This document shows positions 42,249-54,960 of a stretch of 64,000 bases of DNA, piece after piece. The DNA is from Octopus vulgaris. Taxonomy: Eukaryota. The stretch covers positions 35,464,001-35,528,000 of the forward strand of contig OX597826.1 of the NCBI GenBank assembly GCA_951406725.2. Reading direction: 5' to 3'. The stretch's first letter is position 1. The number at the start of each line of letters is the position of its first letter. The position numbers and the translations under genes were made by a program. Below the pieces are notes generated by a model. The model made no database searches and was not told the origin of the DNA. It was given only the letters and a program-made list of their open reading frames with translations.

Positions 42249-42974
42249 TTACACACATTTAGTTTGTATTTAAACACATACACATATATATAGAGATAGG
42301 TGTGTATCTATATATGTATGTATATATATATATACACACATATAGATACACATACACAGGTATATACTTAACTATCACTACCTAAACAATCTAGTCTATA
42401 AAGTTAATTGGCGTGTGTATGTGTGGTTCTGTGCGTGTGTCCCCGTGTGCGTGCATGTGTATTTGTGTGTTTTAAGGCAGAGCCAACTCTATTACAGTTA
42501 TTTTTTTCATGAAACATCACAACAAAAGCTACTCCATAGCTCTGCACTAAGACTCTTCTCAGAATCTCAACATTAAGCAGTGAAACTTGAGTTAGTTAAT
42601 CAAATGAGATAGTTAGCGCCTGAAGAGATTTCTCGATAGACGGGGTTTTGCTATACTAACATCAACATTTATAAAGAAATCATTGCAGAGATTTCTCTAT
42701 TTTACTTTTTCTCTTTTGCCAATATATAAATAGGTTTGTGTTTGTAATTTTTTTTTTTTAGTTTACACTAATTTGTTTGTCGATTTCTTTCTTTAACATA
42801 ACCTCCCCTCTTCTTTTTTTATTGCATTATTTAAAGAAATTACTGTTTGTATTTCCCCATTTCTCTCCCCCTCTCGCACTTACTCTCTCTTATTTGCTGT
42901 CACTTTTTTTGACCCCTGTTTTCTCCTTCCCCACTTTTCATTACACTCGGTGTATCTCTTTCCATGGCCATGGC

Positions 42975-43163
42975 GTATATATGTATGTATATATTTTTAT
43001 AAATACATATGCCTTAAATGCATTTATGTATATATATTTATATATGTCTGTGTATATATATATACATACATATATACATACATATATACATGAATATATA
43101 TACATATATATAAATATATATATATATACATGAATATATATACATATATATATATATACATGA

Positions 43164-43196
<33 letters not shown>

Positions 43197-43363
43197 CATA
43201 TATGTATATGTTTGTATGTATACATATATATGAATTATGCATGTCTAATCATATATACATATGCATGGATGTATATACACACATATATATACACATACAT
43301 ATGCTTATATATGTGTACACATATACATATATATTCCTGATTGTGTGCACATATGTCTATATG

Positions 43364-43403
<40 letters not shown>

Positions 43404-43670
43404 ATAGATATATATAGTTATGTATATAGGTGTATATATATATATATATAGTTACACACACACATTTTATATAAAATATATATATATATATATAGTTACA
43501 CACACACATTTATATATATTTATATATATACTTATTCATATGTATATATGTGTATATCGAGAGATAATTATATCTCCTTATGTATACACATATACATATA
43601 CATATATATATATATACACACACATATGTGTATATATATATACACATATACGCTTGAATGCGTGTATGTA
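42975..43670. repeat. Degenerate TA/TACA microsatellite field
   Basis: Directly visible. Confidence 0.9.
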
Positions 43671-44014
43671 CGTATGGGTAGGTTGTATTACATTGTGGTT
43701 GTTGATGTTTCCATTGTTGTTCATTATCTGTAGCTTACTTATTCCCCTCAGTTCTTTGTTAGATTTTGTAAACCAACGTTCAGAATAATTTGCTTGCGGT
43801 TAATAAAGTGTATAAGAGTAATTTTATCAGGATTTACTCAATTATTGTCTCTTACATTGAATCTAAGAAATGGGGCAAAAGAATTGTAAGGTAATAACAA
43901 ACAAACTTTACAATATCGTAAGAAAGCAAACAAAATATTAACAATAAAGAATAATTCTCCTAAATGATTTGACGTCTTACGTAGACTCACACACAAACAC
44001 AGATTTATATGAAC

Positions 44015-44402
44015 ACAAACGCACTCACATACACATGCACACATACATACACATACACTCACATACACATGCACACATACATACATACACATACACATGC
44101 ACACATACACATACACACATACATACATACATACTCACAAACACATGCACACATACATACATACATATGCACACATACATACTCACATACACATGCACAC
44201 ATACATACATACATACATACACATACATATATACACATGCACACATACATACACATGCACACTCACATACACATGCACACATACATACATACATACATAC
44301 ATACATGCATACATACATACATACAAACGTACATACATACATACATACATACATACATACATACATACATACATACATACATACATACGTACGTACATAC
44401 AT
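44015..44402. repeat. CACATACACATG/(CATA)n mini-/microsatellite
   Basis: Repeating CTCACATACACATGCACACATACATAC units grading into (CATA)n. Confidence 0.92.
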
Positions 44403-45216
44403 GATTATTGTTTGGGAAGCCAACTTTGAAGCATTCGCTCCTTTGCCTCAATATACACTTGAACACGCATGCGCATATATCTATTGATGACTGAGTGTGA
44501 GTGAGTCCATTTGTGCACGCGTGCCTCTGTGCGTACCTGAAAGGAGTGGACTCAATAGCCCTATATGACCATTGCTTCTCATGCGTTTATTTATACATAT
44601 AAGTGTGTGTGTGTGCCTATGTGTTTAAGCTTGTAACTATATCAACCCTGTGTGACTTAGTCCTTAGAATAACTCAACCATATTATAGCATAACGAAACA
44701 GGCAAATTAAATGGTTCTTAAGAAGGTTATCCAATCATAAAACCACATGTTTTGTCCAACCCATGTCATGGTGAAAAACCCTACCTGGAAATGATGATAC
44801 GCATACATGTATCTACGTATGGATTTATCAATGCTTCTATTTATGTGTATACATATATTCATGTGTGTGTGTGTGTGTGTGTGTGTACATGTATTGTGCT
44901 TATGAACAGAAGAAAAAGTTATTTTTTCAAATATATCAAAAACACATAAATGACACAAATGAATTTGCGTTAAAAGGAATTTTTTAAGGATTTCTTTAAT
45001 TCTTCATCCTTTTTGGGTCGAAGCAATAACTTTCTGAAATGCAGGTTCTTCATCTGGGTTGTAGTTTTTGTTTGGGGTGTTTGTTAGTTACATTTTATCA
45101 TCCGTTTGTGTATTGTTTCATATTTTGGCAATTACAGAAGAACTGCAAAAGAGTTGTTTCCTGCGATAGAAGTATTAATTAATTACAATTTACCCATTAA
45201 TAGCCATAGCTTCCCT

Positions 45217-45432
45217 GAAGCGGCAAGTTGGCCAAATCGTTACTACACCAAGCAAAAAACTTAGCGACATTTTCTCTGTCTTTACGTTTTGAGTTCAAAT
45301 GCTGCTGAGGATACCTTTGTCATTCATCCTTTTGGGGTTGAAAAGATAAATAACCGTTGAATGCAGGGGCTGATATCACGGACTTACTCCATCCTACAAA
45401 ACTGCTGGCCTTGTGCCAAAATTTGAAAACAA
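45217..45432 (+). mobile_element. SINE family B
   Basis: Head, central domain and GGCCTTGTGCCAAAATTTGAAA end. Confidence 0.75.
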
Positions 45433-45439
45433 TACTTAT

Positions 45440-45637
45440 TCTTGTCTACTATCAGCATAAAGGCCGAATTTTGGGGGGAGCGGGCTAGTCGATTAGACTA
45501 GTATTTAATTAATTGACCCCAAAAGAATGTTAGGCAAAGTCAACCCCGGCAGAATTTGAACGCAAAACGTGAAGACAGGCGAAATACTGCAAAGCATTTC
45601 GCCCGGCATGCTAATATTTCTGCCAGCTTTCCACCTT
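45440..45637 (-). mobile_element. SINE family B variant, tail-to-tail with preceding copy
   Basis: Reverse complement of family B head; 3' end like the 56655 copy. Confidence 0.75.
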
Positions 45638-46491
45638 GCTTTCTTGTATTAAGCCTGCTGATTTAATCTTAATGGCGATGTGTGGAATAAATGGAAAAAA
45701 TTAATCCGAAAGCCTACTTTCACAATCAACACCCCAAAACCAATTTCTGTTATTATTCAGCATTTGTTGAGATTTGCAGCGCTATATTATAATGAAAACA
45801 ACCACAAACATCCACCTGAAACCGAATACTGTTCCAAGACGCTAAATGCTGCCTTAACAAGTAACTACTCACAAAAATTCACACCGGACAAAATGGTGAA
45901 CCTAACGAAAATGAACGCAGCAACACACCAAAGAACGCAATGGCTTCCATTAACAAGCATAAAAAAGATTGCCATTCAGTTTATTGATGGAAATTAATGC
46001 AAAGGCAATCATAAATGCCAACAACCTGTCCTCTTTTAGTTATGTGTATATTTGTATGTGTGTGCGTATAAATGTACATGTGGTGCATGTATTTGTGTGT
46101 GCAGATATAAATACTCACATACATACATACATATACATCTAAACGCCCAGATATTGATTTCGTGCATTTAAACGCCCATAAAATATTTCTTACGTTACAA
46201 ACTTCGCCACAGGTAATGTAATTTTAATATAGATTATGCTGAATAAATCAATGCTGCAACGCGATAATTTGCGCAACCATCGAGATAAATGAAACAAAAA
46301 TTGACCACACATTGGACTACTAGTTTCGTTTTGGTGTGACTGTAATGCTTCTATAGAGAGCTGAGGTAAATGGACGCCAAATGGATTTTATAAATCAAGC
46401 GAGCAACGCCTCTACCTGCATGCATTACATATATGTATGAATATATACATAAAAACATACATGTATGTGCATGCATGCGTGTGTGTATATG

Positions 46492-46522
<31 letters not shown>

Positions 46523-46728
46523 CGAGAGGAGAAAGGAAAGAAAGTGTCACTTAATGCATTTGGTAGGAGTAACGTACATTTTTTACTGCCAGTTTGATTC
46601 GGTATCATGCAATTTAAAGTTTCATAAACTGGCCAAAGGTATCAAACTCATCAAGTTTGTAGATGTGAATGAAGGGGATGTCTTCTGGATGTTAGGCTGG
46701 TGATAGCCAATACATGTTACTTAATACA

Positions 46729-46792
<64 letters not shown>

Positions 46793-46959
46793 CCCGAGCA
46801 AGCACATACATGTGAAACAAGGTGGGAAAAATAGTACTCGAATACCAGAAATAGAGTAATATACTTTATCATTAAAGCTGCAAAAAACATAAAATATCAC
46901 AAACAACTGCTACTCAATGTTCATGATAAAAAGAAAAAAAGAATTGCTTGTAGGCACTG

Positions 46960-47115
46960 GCCGTGTTACTAAAACCTGTCTAGAAAATACTTCCCATGTA
47001 TGAAACTATTCACATCTCATAACTATGTACTGAGTACATAAAACAATATTTATCTCTCACCGGATGGAGTACTTTTTACTTGATCTTACCTTAGCAGAAA
47101 AGCAAACTATATATA
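46960..47115. repeat. Dispersed repeat, unclassified
   Basis: Diverged direct copy at 53185-53335 (GTATGAAACTATT.ACATCTCATAA..). Confidence 0.75.
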
Positions 47116-47613
47116 TGTGTGTGTAAATGTATATATATTTGTATACATGTACATATGTGTGTGAATATGCATACATATTCATGTAAATATATATATATAT
47201 ATATATAACTCTCGCCTTCAATTCAAAATATTCTGAGATGTATAAAATATCCATTTTAATTTTTTTCTGTCAATATTACAAATTTTCTCACCATACTATT
47301 GCACTTCCTTATGTCTTTAACATGTCCCTTCTACCAAAGACTGTATATATATACATGTAATGTGACAATTTGCGACAACCAATAATTAACGCAACCAAAT
47401 TTCCAATAATATATTTGTTTTATTCTTTTCTGCCAATTTTTCCAAACATTCTCATCACACTGCTGAACTTCTTTATGCCCTTAACATATCTCTGTTACCA
47501 AACACTATATTTATACATGTATTGTGACAATTATGTAAAAAAACTTTTTTGAATCCATAATATTCAATGTGGCAATTATGTAAAAAACCTTTTTGAATTC
47601 ATAATATTCAATG

Positions 47614-47663
47614 TTACTTTTGACAATCTTTTACCAAAGAGTGAAACCGGTTAAGTAAATAAA
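47614..47663 (+). ncRNA. Minimal type-I hammerhead-like motif (family H3), variant core
   Basis: TTACTT-TTGACAA-TCTTT(TACC)AAAGA-GT-GAAACCGGT-T-AAGTAA, then AATAAA. Confidence 0.6.
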
Positions 47664-48012
47664 CATCTTTTAAATTGCATTTTCAAACCTTCTTTCGTAT
47701 ATATATATATATATGAGTGTGTGTGACAAATATTTTTGTAATGTTTTTGCAGCTTTGATAATAAAGTATATATGTATGCATACATATCTATATATACATA
47801 TATATATATATATATACATATACAGAGAGAGAGAGGGGGGAGAAAGAGATAGTTATAGTACAGATATACATGTATGTACGTACATATATGAGTGTGTGTG
47901 TATGTGTATTTATCGACACATGTATACATACATACATTTCATATATATATATATATATATAATTTACATCATTTACAATTGACGAATATTTGTCCTCATC
48001 TTGTTTGTTGTT

Positions 48013-48057
48013 AACACAACGTTTCAGCTGATATACCCTCAGCCTTCATCAGGTGTC
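48013..48057 (-). ncRNA. Minimal type-I hammerhead ribozyme, intact core
   Basis: GACAC-CUGAUGA-A-GGCUG-9nt loop-CAGCU-GAAAC-GU-U-GUGUU; palindromic AACGUU stem III. Confidence 0.8.
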
Positions 48058-48247
48058 TTGGGGAAATTTCGAACCTGGGTTCTAATTCCTAAGGTATTTT
48101 TCGATGTTATTATTATTATTACTATGCAGGTCTACTAACCCCAAGATTCTGAGTTCGATTCCAAGCAGTGACCTAAATAGTAATAATAATAGTAATAACA
48201 TCGAAAAATACCTTAGGAATGAGAACCCAGGTTTGGAATTTCCCCAA

Positions 48248-48293
48248 GACACCTGATGAAGGCTGTAGGGTATTTCAGCCGAAACGTGGTGTT
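48248..48293 (+). ncRNA. Minimal type-I hammerhead, GUG at the cleavage triplet (probably inactive)
   Basis: GACAC-CUGAUGA-A-GGCUG-loop-CAGCC-GAAAC-GU-G-GUGUU. Confidence 0.7.
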
Positions 48294-48347
48294 AACTGTA
48301 AATAATGTAAATAATGTACATAACACCCCATCTCTTAAATATAGAAC

Positions 48348-48407
<60 letters not shown>

Positions 48408-50014
48408 TGGGTAGGTACCTTTTAAATATGATTTTGAAAATGTTTTAATATTTATTGGGAGTTCCACAATTTTGGGAAGGAATACTTTCTCCATAGCAAT
48501 GTTTTCTGGAGTAATTGAGTATTTGTATATGATTTTAACAGAGTATCATGAGTAACCCCACTGACCTTAATAGACTTACATGTAGGTACTGTAGGAGTGA
48601 GATCAAAACGGTTGATATTCATTTTATTTAGATATCAGAGCTAAGTATATATATGTAACTCGTATAGTACCTATGTAGACAGAGATAATTTAGCTGTTTC
48701 TCCATGAGATTAAAAACTGTCGAACAATCTTAATTGATTTTCGAATCTTATTTGATTCTTTTCAGAGGTGTTTACAGCTTTTGAATAATCCCAGAGAAGC
48801 TAACACTCATCTTTTTATATAATCAACAATTAATGTAGCAACAGAAATCTTTGGCAACTACTTTTCATACTATGCGTGTGAAAATATTATTTTAAAATAC
48901 ATTGGGCCTGTCAACGGGGATCTCAGTTCACGCAGTATCAAGATATTCTATATAAACTATACAGTAGATGTTAAAACAGGGCTGATTTAGCTCTTTTTCC
49001 ATAGACTGAAAAGAATGATGATCAACTTTAATCGCTTTTGAAACCTTACTGGATTCTCACCAGAGGCACCAACATCAATGTGTTTCGTAACCGTTTTGCT
49101 CTTCTGCTCCAATTTCACAAACCGTTTAAGAAAGAAAGAATTAGTGACATATGCAAAATTTACATCATAACATTAACAGCATTTTAGTAATATTAGCAAC
49201 TTTAAATTCATAATAAATAAAATAAATGCTAAAATGAGCGTCTATAATGGCTTATTATTTAAGCAGGGGGATAAAGAGGAGTACTTCTGTGGAATCTTCA
49301 ATACCAGTAGTTGATTCACACTTAACTTTATCACCCACATAAGTACGAAATGCAAAGTTAACCTTGGTGTAGTTGTTGTTCTCTGCGAAGGTCCTGTTTA
49401 CTTTGATTGTAATTCAATTTTGAATGGAAGATGTTCTGCATTCTGCTAATAAAGAATGTTTTACTGAATTTTTGTTACATGAATGTTGTTAGTGTTGATA
49501 AAAAAAACTTTTAGTTACATAAAGGTGTTTTTAATGTCGTCAATGTTGTGTTGTAGATGTTTGTACCATGGTTATAAATTTGTATTTGCACGTTAATCAC
49601 AGTTTGTTTTTAATTGCATTCTGTGCCAACTTGTGACATTTGAAAATGAAAGAGCATCGATACTTCTTGTGTTCATAGTTGTCGTGCTTGCTGCTGTTGT
49701 TGTTGTTCTTGCTGTCAATGTTATTGTTATTTTTCCTGTTAATCTGCAAATGTTTTTAGGAGCTGTTTGTATGAGAATGAGTTTACAGTTTTCTTTTATT
49801 TGTTTTAGTCATTTGACTGTGGCCATGCTGGAGCACCACCTTTAGTTGAGCTAATCGATCTCAGGACTTATTCTTTTAAACCTGCTACTTATTCTATCAG
49901 TCTCTTTTGCCGAAATGCTAGGTTACGGAAACGTAAACACACCAGCATCAGTTTTCAAGCAATGCAAGGGGACACACACACAAACATACACACACACACA
50001 CACACGCACACACG

Positions 50015-50064
<50 letters not shown>

Positions 50065-50202
50065 CGACAGTGTTCTTTCAGTTTCCGTCTACCAAATCCA
50101 CTCACAAAGCTTTGGTCGGCCAAGGCTATAGTAGAAGACACTTACCCAAGGTGCCACACAGTGGGACTGAATCTGGAACCATGTGGTTGGTTAGCAAGCT
50201 AC

Positions 50203-52400
50203 ATTATTTCAAAACATTTGCCATAAAGGCAGTACACAGATTAAGTTAGCTTTGCGGGCTGGACGAGGACATTAATAAAGTGAATGATAATGAAAGAAAG
50301 ATGATAAGGATGGGAGAAGACAAAAAGCGCCCGCCGACTTTCGCTTCTCTAAAACATTGTTCTTTTTAAAGATAAACACAAAACGAGGTATTAAACCTCT
50401 TACAATTTTTCCAATTTTTGGACTTAGCAGTCCATTATTAATAAAAATAAACACAAAACGAGGTATTAACCCTCTTACAATTTTTCAATTTTTGGACTTA
50501 GCAGTCCATTACTAATAATAACAGTTCAATAATTACATATCGTCCTCGAAATAGCTTGTGCCTGCGCCCTCCACCATCAACCACGCCTCCCTCAGAACGT
50601 AATCAAGTTCCGAGTTGGCGTCGCCCGGGACCAAGTTATAATCTTCATTGAGCTCCTTTAGCCCAAGCGTCACGTCGAACGCCACGGCCTCCACAGCTAC
50701 CTGCGGAGGCCATTCGGGGTCCTGTGTGAAGCCTAAAGGTGCTCCCTTGTAGTGCTCTTCCATCACTTTTTCAATTTCTCCTCCTCTATAGAAGAGGACC
50801 AATACGTTCAGTTCTTTCGTTGGCGGCACAGTTCCCGCCAACGGTATTACTTCTCTTGTCGGTGGCACAACCCCAACCGACGTAGTTCCGGGACATTCCG
50901 GTGCTACACTGACAGCCGGTAATGTCCCGTTTTTCTTCCTCTTTTTTTTTTTTCCCTTTTCAACTGAGGGAGGGTGCGTCTCCTCCGTGGCTGGAAGATT
51001 CGCCTTCCTCTCCTCATCCCTATTATCCTTTGGTGAGCACCCATTGTTGCTCACCTTCCTCTTTCGGCCTCTGTTTGAGGAGTCCTCTGCTTTCTCGGCC
51101 GTTATCATTCCCTCTTCTAGAGGGGTTTTACTTAACTGTTCCGGGATCCTATTTTGTTCCCGGGGACAATTCTTCTTTATGTGGCCGGACTCCAAGCACC
51201 GATGACACTTAGTGGGGCGACCCTCAAGCATCACCGGGTACCTGCACCCGGCCATTTTCAAAAAATCTGGAAGAACCAGGTTGGCTGATTGGGTCCACAG
51301 GGTCAAAATTGCTTTTGACCCAACCCAAGCAGCCGCAGGAAGAACTTTTACATTAAGGAGCTTAGTTTAGCTGCCACCCAGACCCCGGCGGATAGTCTCC
51401 TCCATCCACTCGGGTTCTATGTCGGGTGGCAGCCCGCAAATCCAAGCTTTCATCAATTTCTTTTTTTTGTACGTGGGCAGGAATAAGATTTCCTTACCCT
51501 CCAGGGGTTTGCTAGCAAATTTGCAAGCCTCTTCAGGGGTGTCAAATAGCAACCACACCGTTGCATATTTGACACCCCTGGAAATGAATTTAATTGTTGG
51601 CAAATACTCTTCCAACTCTTTTTCAATTGCCGTCTTTTCGAATAGGGCGATGGTGTCGAGTGCCTTGGAGTAGATTCTCAACACCACCGTCCTATCTTCA
51701 CGGTCTTTTAACCACTTTTTAGGCGGTATGATCTCCCATTCCAAAAGTTTGTTATTTTTCATTGCCATGTTTTTTTTTGTTTTTTTTTGTTTGTTTTTTT
51801 AAATGTATTCAGAATAAAAGTAAAAAACGAGAAGAAAAGGAAATCCGAAGAAAGTCACAGTGAAAAAAGGAGAGAGTCAAATAAAGTTAAAAGGAAAGTC
51901 AAATAAAGTTAAAAAGAAAGTCAATAACACAGCAAAAACCTTCTGGCCATTTGGTACTCCCGGCCTAAATTGAACCAGGAACGCACAACTTCCACAAAAA
52001 TTGGTGTAAAATTGGTAAAAATTGTTCAAACTTCGGAGGCAAAATACTCCCCTATATAGTAGTTTTCACAATTCATAAAAGTTCTTCACAGCACAATACA
52101 ATTCTCACAATTACGTGAGAAAAATATTCACTCAATTTATCGAAGACGGATACGCCCCCCAAAATTTTCTCAGCGAGAAAAATATATTTGCCACATGTCG
52201 GCAGAATCAGAATTCTGAATCCAGTAGGACTTCCTGCCTGTAAAAAACAATTCTCAACAAAAACTCCCACTGGACCCAGAAAGCAGAATCTTACCTTACA
52301 TGGGGCTTCCAAAGTTTTCAATTCAAGACGACATCAAAAGCACGTCTTCACCGCTTCAGTGCCAAACACAACACTGACTCGCACATGCGCCGAAGCAACT
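50203..52400 (-). mobile_element. ORF1-only non-LTR retroelement (Tx1/L1-like gag), 13-bp TSD
   Basis: TSD GTTAGCAAGCTAC; single ORF1-like frame; no RT or endonuclease; no LTRs or TIRs seen. Confidence 0.85.
50533..51768 (-). pseudogene. ORF1/gag-like protein (RRM-like region + CCHC zinc knuckle), ~411 codons with one in-frame TAA
   Basis: ORFs 51768-51367 and 51306-50533 share a frame, joined by TKLLNVKVLPAAAWVGSKAIL; LPDFLKMAGCRYPVMLEGRPTKCHRCLESGHIKKNC is CX2CX4HX4C in Tx1-type context. Confidence 0.85.
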
Positions 52401-53184
52401 GTTAGCAAGCTACTTACCACACAGCCACTCCTGCACTTATATTTACAAATTTCTTTCCTCCTTCTGTGTTTTAGAGCCTACTTTGTATAGATTCCTACCT
52501 AGTGCTATTACACTTACTTTCTGGCGGTGACCATCCTACCTTCATTCCTGTATTATCTAATTCAGTACGAGGTTCCTCAGGAAATTTAATCATTTTCGAA
52601 AACGGTACCGAAATATTTTAAGAAGATTTTGCTAGAATTGTTTCCACTTAGAAGCAATTTAGCGACTTACAGAAAGTGCGACTGAAAATCCAGCTATAAA
52701 ATAATGAAGAAGCAAAGTTCCTTGGGAATTAAACAAACTGACAATCGCATAAACTAGCATCAAAATCCATTGCGAGATAAACATTGATGAGTTTGTTGAG
52801 AATACCAGATAAAACTGGAGGTTACTGATTAACCGAGACGGAGGACACCCAATTAAAGCAAATCACCCAGTTCAGTAGAAATGATAAGAGAAGTTTCCTC
52901 ATGGGTGTGTTGTTATCTGACAAAATATTGATTAAAATCCAGGTGTTTTTGAATGGTATTTGATATAGGTTTAGACATCTTCTTTATTTATTTACTCATG
53001 TCTCCGACCATTTTGAATTTTTTTCTCTTAACTCATTTTTCACTTGAATTATGCAAATTACCAAAATCTTTAAATGTTTTCTCCTTATTTTGTATATTTC
53101 TAAGTAACTTGTCAGTAGGATTCAATATAGAACAATGGTTGGGTTGATGATGCCTATTTAGGCAAAAACACTGGAGACACTAAG

Positions 53185-53335
53185 GATGTTACTAAAGCCT
53201 GCCTAGAAAATCCCTCTCAAGTATGAAACTATTAACATCTCATAATTACGTGCTGTGTACATCAAACAAAATTGATCTTTCACCAGATAGAATACGTTTT
53301 AGTTGATCTTATCATAATGGAGAAGTAAACTATAT
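53185..53335. repeat. Dispersed repeat, copy of 46960-47115
   Basis: Visible similarity. Confidence 0.7.
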
Positions 53336-54329
53336 ACATATGTGTGTGTTTGTGAGTGTATGTGAAAATATGTGTATATCTATACATGTATATATATTTA
53401 TATATATATAAATATATATGTGTGTATGATAAAAATGTTATGCTTAGCTCTATCTAACTGCATTATATTCTGTAAGTATGAATGTACCCAATATTTTATA
53501 ATGAAATAATTTTCGGCAGCATAGAATCACTTCATTCAAGTAGCTCTGCAAAAGCTACAAGATCTTGCACTGGCACTCAGCTCTGGATGCTCGCTTAATT
53601 ACCACAAAAACAACTGTAAGCTAATGAAAGTGACTGCATAACTTATTTTCTGTTACATATTAAAATGTTATTCATGTGTCTTTCAAATTGTGTTATTCGG
53701 CTTAAACATTACTTTATTTGTCTTCAAAATACTTTCCTGATAAAGTCGTCATACCATAACAACTTTTGCTGAAAACTTTAGTGGTATATTGGTATATTTT
53801 GCGGAATGTCGTTAACTCAAAATATTGATTCACTTAAATAAATTAGAATGGAATTTTCTCGTTTGTTTATACTCATCCTGTAAAGGTACTATTACTAAAA
53901 TGCATATGTGTACATATAATATATTTATATATGTGTGCATGCCAGTATATGTATATATTACGTATACATATGTGTGTGTGTGCATAATATATATATACAT
54001 ATGTGTTTCAAGTGTATATGTATGATTATAGGAGTGTAGGTAAAATTGTTGGAATTTAATACCATTTGAAAACAGCTAATTTCGAAAAAAGTTTGAAAAA
54101 CGCATGTCTTGGAAATTTTATATTTAATTAACAAAACAAATGGAAATTGAAGATAATCAGAAAATGGTAATTAATTCTGACTAAATGACAATCTTTGCAA
54201 AAATTTTAAAATTGGAATTGTCAAATTATTTTCCAGTATTGGTTTCTCCTTCTTGTGTGAATTAACTTTATCTGCAGTTGGAATTATTGAGTCAAAACTT
54301 CATTTTCTCTTTGTTACTTTTTTACAGAA

Positions 54330-54431
54330 TATAAATTGTTACATTGTTCCATCCCAACAATGCAGTCCAGAATAGTGAAACTTATCAATGCCAAAGAATG
54401 TCACAGAATGTTTCTATTTTGCACCGGTGTA
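54330..54431 (+). mobile_element. Possible Tc1 transposase C-terminus and right end
   Basis: MQSRIVKLINAKECH resembles SMP.R...VI.AKGG; followed by TTTTGCACCGGTG-TA. Confidence 0.4.
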
Positions 54432-54529
54432 TCATTGTGATTAGTGAGTATTTTACTACATCCCAGTGTCGGGTATATTCTGTTTAAATATGTTCAACAG
54501 TAGATTTATAATTAATATAACCAGCCAAC

Positions 54530-54960
54530 TCAAAAGTACCCTTGGATCATAGGCAACATGCAGTGCTTGAGGAGATCTATTGAGTCAAGTACATCAATGT
54601 GAAATGAAGTCAAATGGAAGTTGTGGTCCACATGCCGGTGGCACATAAAAAGCAACCATCTGAACACGGTCAATGCCAGCTCCCTTGCCCTGACTGGCTT
54701 CTGTGCCAGTGGCACGTAAAAAGCACCATTCAATTGTGGTTAATGCCAGCCCCCTCTGGCCCCTGTGCTGCTGGCACATTAAAAGCATCCACTACACTCT
54801 CAGAGTGGTTGGCATTAGGAAGGGCATCCAGCTGTAGAAGCATAGACAGATCAGAGTGGAGTCTGGTGGAGCCTTCTGGCTTTCCAGACCCCAGTTGAAT
54901 TGTCCAACCCATGGAAAACGGACGTTAAACAATGATGATGATGATGATGATGATGATGAT
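54530..54960 (+). mobile_element. RTE-tailed short retroposon (same family as 29286-29612)
   Basis: Ends GGAAAACGGACGTTAAACA(ATG)n; internal GTGGCAC.TAAAAAGCACC repeats. Confidence 0.8.

Larger units (their letters stand above)
47961..48348. mobile_element. Family H1 head-to-head inverted pair
   Basis: Minus arm 47961-48132, plus arm 48132-48348; both carry hammerhead cores; flanked by (TA)n. Confidence 0.9.
49790..52436 (-). mobile_element. SINE family C split by a 2.2-kb insertion (pieces 49790-50202 and 52401-52436)
   Basis: SINE sequence stops at GTTAGCAAGCTAC (50190-50202) and resumes with the same 13-mer at 52401. Confidence 0.92.

Noticed and set aside
43969-44487. 172-aa His/Thr-rich ORF and a regular repeat array
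   Set aside because: CATA-based minisatellite; no unique spacers, so neither CRISPR nor coding.
52560-52910. Possible Tc1/mariner N-terminal relic (KTG..D..R.G.P-like)
   Set aside because: Too degenerate to support by eye.
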